A stretch of 64,000 nucleotides of DNA from an uncultured Verrucomicrobiota bacterium. Its GTDB lineage: Bacteria > Verrucomicrobiota > Kiritimatiellia > Kiritimatiellales > Tichowtungiaceae. The number at the start of each line of letters is the position of its first letter. Position 1 is the stretch's first letter. The stretch is taken from assembly GCA_964455665.1 (NCBI GenBank), contig CAYVYL010000002.1, positions 2,140 through 66,139 on the forward strand, given 5' to 3'. This document shows positions 31,032 to 40,597 of the stretch, one piece after another. Under the pieces are notes generated by a model, which searched no databases, was not told where the DNA came from, and saw nothing but the letters and a program-made list of their open reading frames with translations. The position numbers and the translations under genes are program-made.

Positions 31032-31442
31032 TTACTTAATTTCGACGGTAGCGCCCACGCCTTCGAGCTTGGTTTTGATCTCTTCGGCTTCCTCTTTGGA
31101 TACGCCTTCTTTGACCGCAGTCGGAGCACTGTCGACCAGCCCTTTTGCTTCTTTCAAGCCAAGGCTCGTGATCGTACGCAGCTCTTTGATGACCTGGATT
31201 TTCTGGGAACCCGGCACAGTCAGCGTGACGGTGAACTCAGTCTGCTCAACAGCAGCTTCTTCGCCACCGCCAGCCGCGCCAGCAGCAGCCACAGCAACCG
31301 GAGCCGCAGCGGAAACGCCAAGACGCGTTTCGAGCGCTTTAACCAGTTTGGAAAGTTCCAGAACCGAAATTCCTTCGATCCAGTCTACGAATTCAGCCAT
31401 TTTGCCTTCGAGCTGTACTTCTTCTTTTACTTCTTCAGCCAT
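31032..31442 (-). CDS. rplL: 50S ribosomal protein L7/L12
   Basis: 136 aa with an Ala/Gly hinge ([18 protein letters not shown]) and a C-terminal KEAKGLVD...K..LE..GA.VE.K. Confidence 0.96.
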   Translation of the reverse strand: MAEEVKEEVQLEGKMAEFVDWIEGISVLELSKLVKALETRLGVSAAAPVAVAAAGAAGGGEEAAVEQTEFTVTLTVPGSQKIQVIKELRTITSLGLKEAKGLVDSAPTAVKEGVSKEEAEEIKTKLEGVGATVEIK

Positions 31443-31492
31443 TTTTCTTCCTCCTACGATGAATAGTATTCAACAATTAAAATTAAGCGCCT

Positions 31493-32017
31493 TTACGCCG
31501 CCTGTTCCTTTTTCTCGCGTACGGCGTTGAGCACATACAACAAACTGCAGACTTTCTGGTTCATGACGCCAACCACCTGTGTCATCGGTGCAGCCAGTGT
31601 ACCCACCAGTATCGCCTGAAGTTCTTTTTTGCCCGGCAGTTTTGCCAAAGCGATAACATCCTCGGCCGAAAGAACCGCACCCTCGAGCACACCGCCCTTG
31701 AGTACCGGTCTTTCCGTTCCCGTGGAAAATTTCTTCAAAATTTTAGCCACTTCAACCACATCGCCTTGACCGAAGACCACTGCGGTCGGACCGACCATCG
31801 GGCCCAGATCCTCACAAAGACGTTTCAGCATGCGGTTTTTAACCACTTTCACCTGAGCATCCGCACTGCGGAGCTGTTTTTTAAACTCCGTGGTTTCCGG
31901 CATGCTCATGCCGGTGTAATCGGCCAAAATCATATAAAGCGCACCGGAGACGTCCTCCTGCACTTCATTGAACATCGCCTGTTTTTCAGGCCGTAAATTT
32001 TTATTTTCTGTGCTCAT
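31493..32017 (-). CDS. rplJ: 50S ribosomal protein L10
   Basis: 174 aa. Lies between rplA and rplL with an L10-like pattern (R...R......VKV.KN). Confidence 0.92.
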   Translation of the reverse strand: MSTENKNLRPEKQAMFNEVQEDVSGALYMILADYTGMSMPETTEFKKQLRSADAQVKVVKNRMLKRLCEDLGPMVGPTAVVFGQGDVVEVAKILKKFSTGTERPVLKGGVLEGAVLSAEDVIALAKLPGKKELQAILVGTLAAPMTQVVGVMNQKVCSLLYVLNAVREKKEQAA

Positions 32018-32037
32018 GAGCGGTAGTTCCTCAACAG

Positions 32038-32733
32038 TTAAGCTTCTACAGTTTCTTTCGCGTCCACGTGGAGCCCTGGGCCCATCGTACTCGCAATGGT
32101 GACACGCTTGATGTAAATCCCCTTAACCGCATCCGGCTTGGCAGCCACGATGGCATCGTAGGCGGCGCGGAAGTTCTCGACTAGGGCCTCCACCGTAAAC
32201 GAGCGGCGCCCAAACGGGAGGATCAGGTTGGCGTTACGGTCCATACGAAACTCAACACGACCCGCTTTAAACTGCGTCACTGCGGAGGCAGTATCATCGG
32301 TAACCGTGCCGGTTTTCGGGTTCGGCATCAGGCCGCGCGGTCCAAGGATACGGGCAACTTTACGAACTTCCTTCATTGCATCCGGAGTGGCGACCACCAC
32401 ATCAAAGTCCATCCATCCACCGGTTACTTTGGCAAGCAGGTCTTCAAACCCGACTTCAGCTGCGCCTGCACCGCGAGCGGCTTCGGCAGCGTCGCCTGTG
32501 GCGAATACGATCACGCGGACATCTTTACCGGTTCCGTGCGGAAGCGAGACGGTCGAGCGGACGGCCTGATCGGATTTCGTCGGATCCAGACCCAGACGGA
32601 AAGCCATCTCAAAGGTTTCGTCGAACGAAGCGGTCGGGTTGTCTTTCAAAAATTGGATTGCTTCCTCAACCGAATAAACTTTCTCGGCGGAAACTTTCTC
32701 CTTAGCTGCTGTATATTTTTTTCCGTGTGCCAT
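32038..32733 (-). CDS. rplA: 50S ribosomal protein L1
   Basis: MAHGKKY..A......Y....A......SFDETFE...RLG.DP and LPHGTGK motif. Confidence 0.96.
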   Translation of the reverse strand: MAHGKKYTAAKEKVSAEKVYSVEEAIQFLKDNPTASFDETFEMAFRLGLDPTKSDQAVRSTVSLPHGTGKDVRVIVFATGDAAEAARGAGAAEVGFEDLLAKVTGGWMDFDVVVATPDAMKEVRKVARILGPRGLMPNPKTGTVTDDTASAVTQFKAGRVEFRMDRNANLILPFGRRSFTVEALVENFRAAYDAIVAAKPDAVKGIYIKRVTIASTMGPGLHVDAKETVEA

Positions 32734-32735
32734 GA

Positions 32736-33158
32736 CTATTCAACCTCAATTCCCATGCTGCGTGCTGTTCCGGCAATAATCCGGCAGGCCGCATCCATGT
32801 CGCTGGCGGTCAGATCCGCCTCTTTAATTTTCGCAATTTCTTCAACCTGAGCGCGGGTCACTTTGCCGACCTTGTCGCGGTTCGGAACGCCGGATCCTTT
32901 GGCAATCGCCGCAGCTTTTTTCAGCAACGCGGAGGCCGGTGGACTCTTGGTCACATAGCTGAATGAGCGATCCTGATAAACGGTAATCACGACCGGGATG
33001 ATCATTCCCGCTTCATGCTGCGTAGCGGCATTAAACGCCTTGCAGAATTCCATAATATTCACACCGTGCTGACCCAACGCAGGTCCCACCGGCGGTGCCG
33101 GATTGGCCTTGCCGGCCGGAATCTGCAATTTGATCAAACCCATTTCTTTTTTAGCCAT
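32736..33158 (-). CDS. rplK: 50S ribosomal protein L11
   Basis: [35 protein letters not shown] is the canonical L11 N-terminal domain. Confidence 0.97.
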   Translation of the reverse strand: MAKKEMGLIKLQIPAGKANPAPPVGPALGQHGVNIMEFCKAFNAATQHEAGMIIPVVITVYQDRSFSYVTKSPPASALLKKAAAIAKGSGVPNRDKVGKVTRAQVEEIAKIKEADLTASDMDAACRIIAGTARSMGIEVE

Positions 33159-33172
33159 AAGAAAACTCCGCT

Positions 33173-33724
33173 TTAGGACGCTTTATCCGCCTGCCAATAT
33201 TCAAGTTCCACCGGAGCTGACCGTCCAAAGATCGACACGGAAACTTTCAGTTTACCGCGGGTCGGATCCACTTCTTCGATCACTCCATTAAAGTTTAGGA
33301 AAGGCCCGTCCGTAATCCGAATGGTTTCACCCGGCTCGAACTGAATTTTCGGCGTAACCTTTTCCTTTTTCTCTTCCACCTGGTTCAGAATGCTGTCCAC
33401 CTCGTCGTCACGCAGCGGCACAGGGGCTACGCCTCCAATAAAACCGATCACGCTCGGGGTTTCCTGAATAAACGACCAGGTTTCCGCAATTAAATTTTTC
33501 TCTTCACCATACAACGCAACATTCGCCAGCACATAGCCCGGAAAGAATTTGCGCTTCACGGTCTTCTTGACGCCCTGCTTCACTTCCGAGACATTCTCGG
33601 TCGGAATCAGGATCTCGCCAATGAGTTCCTCCATCTCCTCCTGCTGCACCCGGCTGGCAATATTGCTCTGCACTTTTTGTTCGTGCCCGGAGAGCGTATG
33701 TAAAACAAACCACTGTTTTTTCAT
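33173..33724 (-). CDS. nusG: Transcription termination/antitermination factor NusG
   Basis: [20 protein letters not shown] and a KOW region [22 protein letters not shown]. Confidence 0.95.
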   Translation of the reverse strand: MKKQWFVLHTLSGHEQKVQSNIASRVQQEEMEELIGEILIPTENVSEVKQGVKKTVKRKFFPGYVLANVALYGEEKNLIAETWSFIQETPSVIGFIGGVAPVPLRDDEVDSILNQVEEKKEKVTPKIQFEPGETIRITDGPFLNFNGVIEEVDPTRGKLKVSVSIFGRSAPVELEYWQADKAS

Positions 33725-33745
33725 GTTTGGTTCTCTCTCTGCTGC

Positions 33746-33949
33746 TTAGCGCAGAACCGCTCTCAGGGTGCTCATCAGCACCGTATCGCTCAGCCCGACA
33801 AAAACACTCAAAATAATTACCGAAACAACAACGACCATCGTTGAACCCAACAGCTCCCGCCGAGTCGGCCAAGTGCACTTCTTCAGCTCCGCTTTCACTT
33901 CGCTCAAAAACGTCTTCAACGCACCGATCAGTTCAATAATCTTTTTCAT
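33746..33949 (-). CDS. secE: Preprotein translocase subunit SecE
   Basis: 67 aa from the ATG at 33949, with EVKAELKKCTWPTRREL followed by a single TM helix. The longer ORF runs through the tRNA-Trp gene and rpmG, so it was trimmed. Confidence 0.88.
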   Translation of the reverse strand: MKKIIELIGALKTFLSEVKAELKKCTWPTRRELLGSTMVVVVSVIILSVFVGLSDTVLMSTLRAVLR

Positions 33950-33969
33950 GTCAATTTTTCCGAATAAAC

Positions 33970-34045
33970 TGGCAGGCCAGAAGGGAGTCGAACCCCTAAC
34001 CCCCGGTTTTGGAGACCGGTGCTCTGCCAATTGAGCTACTGGCCT
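33970..34045 (-). tRNA. trnW: tRNA-Trp (anticodon CCA)
   Basis: Hand-folded cloverleaf. Acceptor AGGCCAG/CTGGCCT, anticodon stem CCGGT/ACCGG, loop CTCCAAA, T-loop TTCGACT and an encoded CCA. Classic rpmG-tRNA-Trp-secE position. Confidence 0.92.
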
Positions 34046-34058
34046 ACAACTCTTTAAA

Positions 34059-34211
34059 TTATTTGGTTTCTCTGTGTACTGTGTGGGCTCGATCGTGAGG
34101 ACAAAATTTCTTCCGTTCAAGCCGACCCGTCGTGAGCTTCTTGTTTTTCGTCGTGGTGTAGTTGCGACGCTTACACTCTGTGCAGGCCAATGTGATAATA
34201 TCTCTCGCCAT
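34059..34211 (-). CDS. rpmG: 50S ribosomal protein L33
   Basis: 50-aa ORF, below the ORF-track cutoff. [50 protein letters not shown], translated by hand. Confidence 0.9.
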   Translation of the reverse strand: MARDIITLACTECKRRNYTTTKNKKLTTGRLERKKFCPHDRAHTVHRETK

Positions 34212-34299
34212 GGTCTTGCCCTCTTTACTCGCTGTTGTTCAATGAAGTGATACACCTGCAGAGCAAATGCACCACCTCACCCATATTCAGCCTGCCCGA

Positions 34300-35502
34300 T
34301 TACTTAATAATTTCAACCACGCGGCCAGCACCCACGGTGCGTCCACCTTCACGAATCGCGAAGCGCATGTGCTGCTCCATCGCGATCGGAACGATCAGCT
34401 CAACATTCATGGAGACATTGTCACCCGGCATCACCATTTCCACACCTTCGGGAAGAGTAATATCACCGGTCACATCCGTTGTACGGAAGTAGAACTGCGG
34501 GCGGTAGCCTTTGAAGAACGGAGTATGACGTCCGCCTTCTTCTTTGTTCAGGATGTAAACCTCACCAACGAAAGTAGTGTGCGGGTTGATGGAACCGGGC
34601 TTCGCCAGAACCTGACCACGCTCAACTTCTTCTTTCTTGGTACCACGCAGTAGGCAGCCGACATTGTCACCCGCCATACCCTCATCGAGGATCTTGCGGA
34701 ACATTTCAACACCCGTGCAGGTGGTTTTAACCGTGTCTTTCAGACCCACGATGGCCACTTCGTCACCGGTGTGAACCATACCGCGTTCGATACGGCCGGT
34801 TACCACAGTACCGCGACCTTCGATGGAGAACACGTCCTCGATCGGGAGCAGGAAGGCCTGGTCGGTAATACGTTCCGGTTCCTGAATGTAGGTGTCGAGA
34901 GCGTCCATCAGTTCCTGAATGCAGTCCGCTTCCGGGCCGGTCGGGTTTGCGATGGCCGGCAGAGCCGCACCACGGATCACCGGAATGTCATCGCCCGGGA
35001 ATTCGTATTTGGAAAGCAGTTCGCGAACTTCAAGTTCCACGAGGTCGAGAAGTTCTTCATCGTCCACGAGGTCACATTTGTTCATGAAAACAACGATAGC
35101 CGGCACACCGACCTGACGAGCGAGCAGAATGTGCTCACGGGTCTGGGGCATCGGTCCGTCGGAAGCGGATACACACAGGATCGCGCCGTCCATCTGGGCA
35201 GCACCGGTGATCATGTTTTTGACGTAGTCGGCATGGCCGGGGCAGTCAACGTGAGCGTAATGACGGTTTACTGTTTCGTACTCAACGTGCGAAGTCGCAA
35301 TGGTCATAATTTTGGATGCATCACGGCGGCCCTGAGATTCAGAAGCTTTTGCAACATCATCGTATGCAACATATGTACCGAGACCTTTTTCTTGCTGCAC
35401 ACAGGTAATTGCTGCGGTCAGTGTTGTTTTACCATGGTCAACGTGACCGATGGTTCCGACGTTAACGTGCGGTTTTGTCCGTTCGAATTTATCTTTAGCC
35501 AT
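34300..35502 (-). CDS. tuf: Elongation factor Tu
   Basis: [41 protein letters not shown] and NKCD motifs. 400 aa. Confidence 0.98.
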   Translation of the reverse strand: MAKDKFERTKPHVNVGTIGHVDHGKTTLTAAITCVQQEKGLGTYVAYDDVAKASESQGRRDASKIMTIATSHVEYETVNRHYAHVDCPGHADYVKNMITGAAQMDGAILCVSASDGPMPQTREHILLARQVGVPAIVVFMNKCDLVDDEELLDLVELEVRELLSKYEFPGDDIPVIRGAALPAIANPTGPEADCIQELMDALDTYIQEPERITDQAFLLPIEDVFSIEGRGTVVTGRIERGMVHTGDEVAIVGLKDTVKTTCTGVEMFRKILDEGMAGDNVGCLLRGTKKEEVERGQVLAKPGSINPHTTFVGEVYILNKEEGGRHTPFFKGYRPQFYFRTTDVTGDITLPEGVEMVMPGDNVSMNVELIVPIAMEQHMRFAIREGGRTVGAGRVVEIIK

Positions 35503-35547
35503 GACTATTCCTCCTGATCCTTTTCTTATCTAATCCAAATCTTCAAC

Positions 35548-35623
<76 letters not shown>

Positions 35624-35973
35624 GGCAAATCCCTTGCGGCTCGCGCCTCTAAATACAAAGAAACAAAAGAGCATAAAACGCCGTCCCTCTTACGCTAAAT
35701 ACGGAAACAGACCTTTTATACTCCTCACAACTCTCTAAATTATTATGCGCAAACCACCAGATCAATCTCTGGTATCTCACACAAAGGGGAGCGACTTTAG
35801 CGAAAAAGTTCCTGCTGTCAACTTTTTTGGATGAAATATTTACATCCTTTTTTCAACGCCCGCTCCAACACCGCCGCCACCTTTTTTCTGCAACTTTTAG
35901 GTTGCCTATATACCCAAATACATTATCGTAATACTCCACTTTACAGACAAAAACCCTTACGAAGGAGAACGCC

Positions 35974-36537
35974 ATGGTAAAAATCGGACAGGAAGTCCCT
36001 GACTTCAAAATCGATGTTTTTCACAAAGAAGAGATCAAAAAGGTCAAATTATCCGACTATAAAGGAAAATGGGTCGTACTGCTCTTTTACCCGGCCGACT
36101 TCACTTTCGTCTGCCCCACCGAACTCAAAGAAGCCGCCCAACTCTACGACAAATTCCGGGCCGCCGGCGCGGAAATCATTTCCGTCAGCACCGACACCGC
36201 CTTTGTCCATAAAGCATGGCACGATGAATCCGAAGCGATCAAAATTGTTGATTTTCCGATGGGAGCCGACCCGTCCGGAAAAATCTGCACCCTGTTCGGC
36301 ACCCTGATCGAAGAAGAAGGACTCGCGCTACGCGGAACCTTCATCATCGATCCCGACGGCATTCTCAAAACCATCGAAATGCACGATCTGGGCATCGGAC
36401 GCAGCGCCGTAGAAGCCCTGCGCAAGCTCGAAGCCGCCAAATTCGTCCACGAATTCGGCGACCAGGTCTGCCCGGCCGGCTGGCAGCCCGGCGGCGACAC
36501 CCTCACCCCGGGCCTCGACCTCGTCGGGAAAATTTAA
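35974..36537 (+). CDS. 2-Cys peroxiredoxin (AhpC/Prx1 type)
   Basis: FYPADFTFVCPTEL peroxidatic Cys motif and a C-terminal VCPAGW resolving Cys. GAAGGAG RBS. Confidence 0.93.
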   Translation: MVKIGQEVPDFKIDVFHKEEIKKVKLSDYKGKWVVLLFYPADFTFVCPTELKEAAQLYDKFRAAGAEIISVSTDTAFVHKAWHDESEAIKIVDFPMGADPSGKICTLFGTLIEEEGLALRGTFIIDPDGILKTIEMHDLGIGRSAVEALRKLEAAKFVHEFGDQVCPAGWQPGGDTLTPGLDLVGKI

Positions 36538-36564
36538 CCATCCAGGGGGATTCGTTAAATCCAT

Positions 36565-36600
36565 AAGCCCGGCTGTTCGCAAGAGCAGCCGGGCTTTTTG
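36565..36600 (+). terminator. Rho-independent terminator after the peroxiredoxin gene
   Basis: Stem AAGCCCGGCTG/CAGCCGGGCTT followed by TTTTG. Confidence 0.8.
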
Positions 36601-36637
36601 CAGGTTGAGCCTGCATCCAATTTTTTCCAATATCTGT

Positions 36638-36681
36638 AAAAATCTGTGCGACTCTATGCAATAGAGTTCCAAGGTTTGGAA
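36638..36681. repeat. Composite repeat AAAAATCTGTGCG-ACTCTATGCAATAGAG-TTCCAAGGTTTGGAA
   Basis: Near-identical to 42598-42643. Lies 2 nt beyond the argH stop codon, between convergent genes. Confidence 0.85.
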
Positions 36682-36683
36682 AA

Positions 36684-38042
36684 TTATTGGGTCGAGAAGA
36701 GCTTGTCCATCGTCTGCGCGATGAACTTGCGTTCGTCGCCGACAATCCCTTTAACAGCGGTCAGCCGCTCTTTCAACAGAGTCCAGTCGATTCCCATCGG
36801 TGCCCCGAGATGCGTCTTCTGCGCCAGCGCCTTGGCCGGATCCATTTTTCCAAGCTCAGCGAGATTTTCTTTCACATAGTGATAGGCATCGCGGAATGGC
36901 ATCCCCTCTCCCACCAGCTCGAGCGCACGGTCGGTCGCAAAGACATCGGGGGTGAACCCGTCCTTGAGCGCCTTTTTGTTGACCTGAATCGCTTCAACAA
37001 ACGGCGACAGCACACGCAGACAAGCGCGGGTGGTCGCCACGCCATCCATAAAGAATTCCTTGGCGTCCTGCAGATCACGGTTGTAGCCAGAAGGGGTTCC
37101 CTTAATCAGATCGTACACCGCTAGCTCGCAGGCCTTCACCTTGGTGGCGCGGGCGCGCACCAGCTCAATCACATCGGGATTTTTTTTCTGCGGCATCATG
37201 CTACTACCGGTACACAGTTCATCAGGCAGAGTAAAATACGCAAACTCCGGCATGGTGAAGATCATCAGATCCTGCGCCATACGCGAGAGCGTCAGCATTA
37301 CCTGACTCATGGCGGATAAAATAATGCTCTCATTTTTGCCACGGCTGTTATTGGCGTAAAGTACGTTGTGCAGCGGACAGGCGAACCCGAGAAGGTCGGA
37401 CGTCAGCTCGCGATCAATTTCTAGCGGCACACCGTAACTAGCGGCGGATCCAAGCGGACATTGATCGTTCAATTCATAAGCGCTAACCAACAATACACAG
37501 TCATCGAGCAAACTCTCGGCGTGCGCGGAAGCCCACAGACCAACCGAGCTCGGCATGCCCGGCTGCATGTGGGTTCTTCCAACCATTGGAACTTTCTGAT
37601 GCTTCTTCCCGAACGCCATCAGCGCGGCGGCCAGCGCAGCGGCCTCTTCGAGCGTTCCGAGAATCTGTTCGCGGGCGTACAGGCGCAGATCCACCGCCAC
37701 CTGATCATTGCGGCTACGGCAGGTATGGATTTTTTTACCGAGATCGCCGAGCGTTTCCGTGAGCGTGCGTTCCACCGCCATGTGCACATCCTGATCGGCA
37801 AGGCGGATCTTAAATTTTCCCTCATCGGCCAACGCGCGAATTTTCTTGAGCTCGCGAATCACTTTTTTGCGCGCGGTTTCGCTGATGACCGCCGGCTCCA
37901 TTTTTGAAAGCATGGTCACATGCGCGGCGGTTCCGATGCAGTCGGCCTGAATCAGATTCACATCCAACTCCACATCACGGCCGGCGGTAAACGCCAGCAC
38001 TTCGTTATCGATTGTCCCCACCGTCGTCTTTTGTGTTTTCAT
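36684..38042 (-). CDS. argH: Argininosuccinate lyase
   Basis: 452 aa. Carries the fumarate-lyase signature GSSMMPQKKNPD and TGRSRNDQ-like TCRSRNDQV. Confidence 0.94.
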   Translation of the reverse strand: MKTQKTTVGTIDNEVLAFTAGRDVELDVNLIQADCIGTAAHVTMLSKMEPAVISETARKKVIRELKKIRALADEGKFKIRLADQDVHMAVERTLTETLGDLGKKIHTCRSRNDQVAVDLRLYAREQILGTLEEAAALAAALMAFGKKHQKVPMVGRTHMQPGMPSSVGLWASAHAESLLDDCVLLVSAYELNDQCPLGSAASYGVPLEIDRELTSDLLGFACPLHNVLYANNSRGKNESIILSAMSQVMLTLSRMAQDLMIFTMPEFAYFTLPDELCTGSSMMPQKKNPDVIELVRARATKVKACELAVYDLIKGTPSGYNRDLQDAKEFFMDGVATTRACLRVLSPFVEAIQVNKKALKDGFTPDVFATDRALELVGEGMPFRDAYHYVKENLAELGKMDPAKALAQKTHLGAPMGIDWTLLKERLTAVKGIVGDERKFIAQTMDKLFSTQ

Positions 38043-38143
38043 AAATCTGCTTCCCTCTTCGTAATTGGACCGAGACTACCTTACAAAATCATTATTCGGC
38101 AAAATCATTTTTATTCGAAGAAACCACACGCATAAAAGCTCTA

Positions 38144-38198
38144 TGGAATCCAACCCACTATTCCATCACTCCATTATTCCGATGTTCCAATATTCCAT
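38144..38198. repeat. ATTCC/TTCCA-rich short repeat block
   Basis: TGGAATCCAACCCACTATTCCATCACTCCATTATTCCGATGTTCCAATATTCCATTC. A related block lies at 46891-46923. Confidence 0.65.
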
Positions 38199-38645
38199 TC
38201 ACCTACCGGTGCTTTCTAAAATCAATGTAACGGGGCCATCGTTCACCAAACTGACCTCCATTTCGGCCTGAAAGATTCCGGTTTCCACATCGACACCGAA
38301 TCCGCGCAGCTGGTCGACATACTCTTCGTAGAGCGATCTGCCCTGCTCCGGGCGGGCGGCGGTAATGTAACTCGGGCGGTTGCCCTTTTTGCAGTCGCCG
38401 CAGAGCGTGAACTGGCTGACAGCGAGCACGGCACCGCCGGTGTCGAGCACGGAGCGGTTCATGACGCCGTCCGCATCATCAAACACTCGCAGGTTGACGG
38501 TTTTCTTTGCGAGGTGCGCAGCATCGACGGGCGTGTCGTCGTGCGACACGCCGACGAAGACAAGAAGACCGCCTCCGATTTCGCCGACCGTTTCTCCGTT
38601 CACATCCACTGATGCGGATTTCACCCGCTGAATTACTAATTTCAT
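38199..38645 (-). CDS. dtd: D-aminoacyl-tRNA deacylase
   Basis: [13 protein letters not shown]...[11 protein letters not shown]...SQFTL..D..KG.RPS. ATG at 38645; the longer ORF start was rejected. Confidence 0.92.
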   Translation of the reverse strand: MKLVIQRVKSASVDVNGETVGEIGGGLLVFVGVSHDDTPVDAAHLAKKTVNLRVFDDADGVMNRSVLDTGGAVLAVSQFTLCGDCKKGNRPSYITAARPEQGRSLYEEYVDQLRGFGVDVETGIFQAEMEVSLVNDGPVTLILESTGR

Positions 38646-38715
38646 GCCAACCTCAAAAAAGAAGGCCGAACATCCTAAGACATTCGACCTTCCGACTTTA
38701 GACGTTCGATTGTCT

Positions 38716-40437
38716 CTATTCCGTCGCGTGCGACACGCGGAAGGTCGGCAGACGGTTGAGCGCCGCGGCCAGTTCATAGCGGCGCGGACGAGCTAGGTCG
38801 CCGCGCAGATCGCGGGAAACAGAGCCGATGCCTTCACTACTGATGTCGCGGTCGATCATGTCGAGCATTTCACGCAGCGGGTAGCCTTCCTGCATGTAGC
38901 GCAGTTTCGCGTAGTACAGAAGCAGGCCGATCGTCAGCGTCTGACTTTCGTCTGCGATCTGAGGAACGCTGTCGAGCTCGATCACGGAACGTCCGAACTG
39001 AATGGCGTTGAGGTCGAGCGCTTCAATCACTTGATCGAGAAGGCCGACGGAGGCGTCGATACTGCTAGGCATAATCCAGCGCGAACGAGCGAGCATCGGC
39101 CCGAGGTTGACGGCCGGCGCGGCGGGCGGCGCTTCAATTGCGAGCGCTTTGGCCTCTTCGGTGATGTCCGTCACCTGGAAATTTTCAACCTTCAGGACGG
39201 TGTCGGCGATCGGAATGTACTCCGCGACAAGGTTTTGACCGCCGATCACCAGTGAAATGCCGAGCTCGTCGACCATCTGACGGGCGCGCTGCGCAAGAGA
39301 GGCGCGCGGTGTCTCACTGAGCAGACCGGCAACGCGGGTGTCCGTGGTCAGGAAAGAGGAGGCGGAGGTGTGCTCATCGATAATCAGCACGCGAGCACCC
39401 ACTTCGAGCGCCTCAATAACTCCGGCGGCCTGAGAAGCAAATGCGCCGGCGGAATCGGTGCTGTAGGAGGCCGGATCCGCTCCGTCTATTTCCGTAAAGA
39501 ACGGGGTCACATTAATTTCCTGAACGCTGCGACCGGGATCGGTTTCAACCTGTACCGCATCGGAAACGGTCACAACGTGCTCGCGACCGTCGCCGGGAAT
39601 GTGATTGAACACTCCGGCGGCCAGAGCGGCCATGAAACCTTTGCGTCCGTTCGCGACATCGCCCAGAACCACGGTCAGTCCGACCGGAACACCCAGCCCT
39701 TTGAGCAACCCGGCATTGGGAACCTCCACCTCGGTCAGCGCGTCGCCTTCCACTTCGAAGGGAGCGATGTTGTCGTAGTCTGGGAAGTCGGAATTCTGCT
39801 CGCGAGCAAGGAAGGAGCCTTCGCCGACAAAGCTGACCATCCCCATCGTGGCGAGCGTCTGACGGACGCGGTCGGCATCCTCCATGGTATTCACAAAGTT
39901 TTCAGCTTCAGCAATGTCGAGATTGCAGCAGAAGATGCTGGTGCTGATCACTCCAGGCAGATCATCAAAAAATACTTTGCGGGCTATTTCGCTATCGATC
40001 AGACGCTCTCCGGACATCGTCACCTTGAACGGCAGGGCGATGCGCAGACGCACATCCACATATTCTTTGGTTACGGCCACCGATGTGCGCGGCAAAATTT
40101 TCTGTCCGGGCTCGGCAACCATGATGTTGCGGCGGGCCACGCCGCTTTCGTCAAAACGGGCGATCTGCTCCGCCTCGTCCGATAGGTTGCGGGTCAGCAG
40201 ATCTTCAAGCGCGGTGCGGCGGACAGGAGAATCGTGGAGATGTCCGGGCAGCTCGGCGATCGACTGCGGAACGCGAATGGTGAACACCGGGGCGTCCGCA
40301 CCGTCGGCTGTATCAATCTTCGCGCACTTAATAACGTAGCGGGCGAAGTCGAAATCACCGACAATACGCTCATATTCAGCAACCGGCTGACCGTCAATTT
40401 CGGCGAGGGTGCTGTAAAATTCTTTTCTATCTTTCAT
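38716..40437 (-). CDS. Uncharacterised ABC-class ATPase family protein (COG3044-like)
   Basis: 573 aa starting [18 protein letters not shown]. Assignment rests on recalled family resemblance only, with no Walker motif read with confidence. ATG at 40437. Confidence 0.55.
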   Translation of the reverse strand: MKDRKEFYSTLAEIDGQPVAEYERIVGDFDFARYVIKCAKIDTADGADAPVFTIRVPQSIAELPGHLHDSPVRRTALEDLLTRNLSDEAEQIARFDESGVARRNIMVAEPGQKILPRTSVAVTKEYVDVRLRIALPFKVTMSGERLIDSEIARKVFFDDLPGVISTSIFCCNLDIAEAENFVNTMEDADRVRQTLATMGMVSFVGEGSFLAREQNSDFPDYDNIAPFEVEGDALTEVEVPNAGLLKGLGVPVGLTVVLGDVANGRKGFMAALAAGVFNHIPGDGREHVVTVSDAVQVETDPGRSVQEINVTPFFTEIDGADPASYSTDSAGAFASQAAGVIEALEVGARVLIIDEHTSASSFLTTDTRVAGLLSETPRASLAQRARQMVDELGISLVIGGQNLVAEYIPIADTVLKVENFQVTDITEEAKALAIEAPPAAPAVNLGPMLARSRWIMPSSIDASVGLLDQVIEALDLNAIQFGRSVIELDSVPQIADESQTLTIGLLLYYAKLRYMQEGYPLREMLDMIDRDISSEGIGSVSRDLRGDLARPRRYELAAALNRLPTFRVSHATE

Positions 40438-40597
40438 ATCGAAACTTTCCCGTCTTGAATTTGTTAATCCTGCCTTCCAAAAAGAGAGAAGATAGTAGAG
40501 TTGGGCTCGTCCCATTGTCAAAGTCATTCTACCCATTATCGGACGACTCAGCGGCTTTGGACTTGCGCACCGAAGCCCCCTCCCTATTATCAGCGTC

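Noticed and set aside
33950-34255. Upstream extension of the secE ORF (169-aa version)
   Set aside because: It runs across a well-folded tRNA-Trp gene and, in another frame, the L33 gene. SecE homology starts at the ATG at 33949.
38646-38777. Upstream extensions of the dtd ORF (to 38777) and of the ABC-class ATPase ORF (40438-40611)
   Set aside because: The extensions are Arg/Ser/Cys-rich with no homology, they overlap neighbouring genes or the ispA start, and family-typical N-termini with in-frame ATGs are present at 38645 and 40437.
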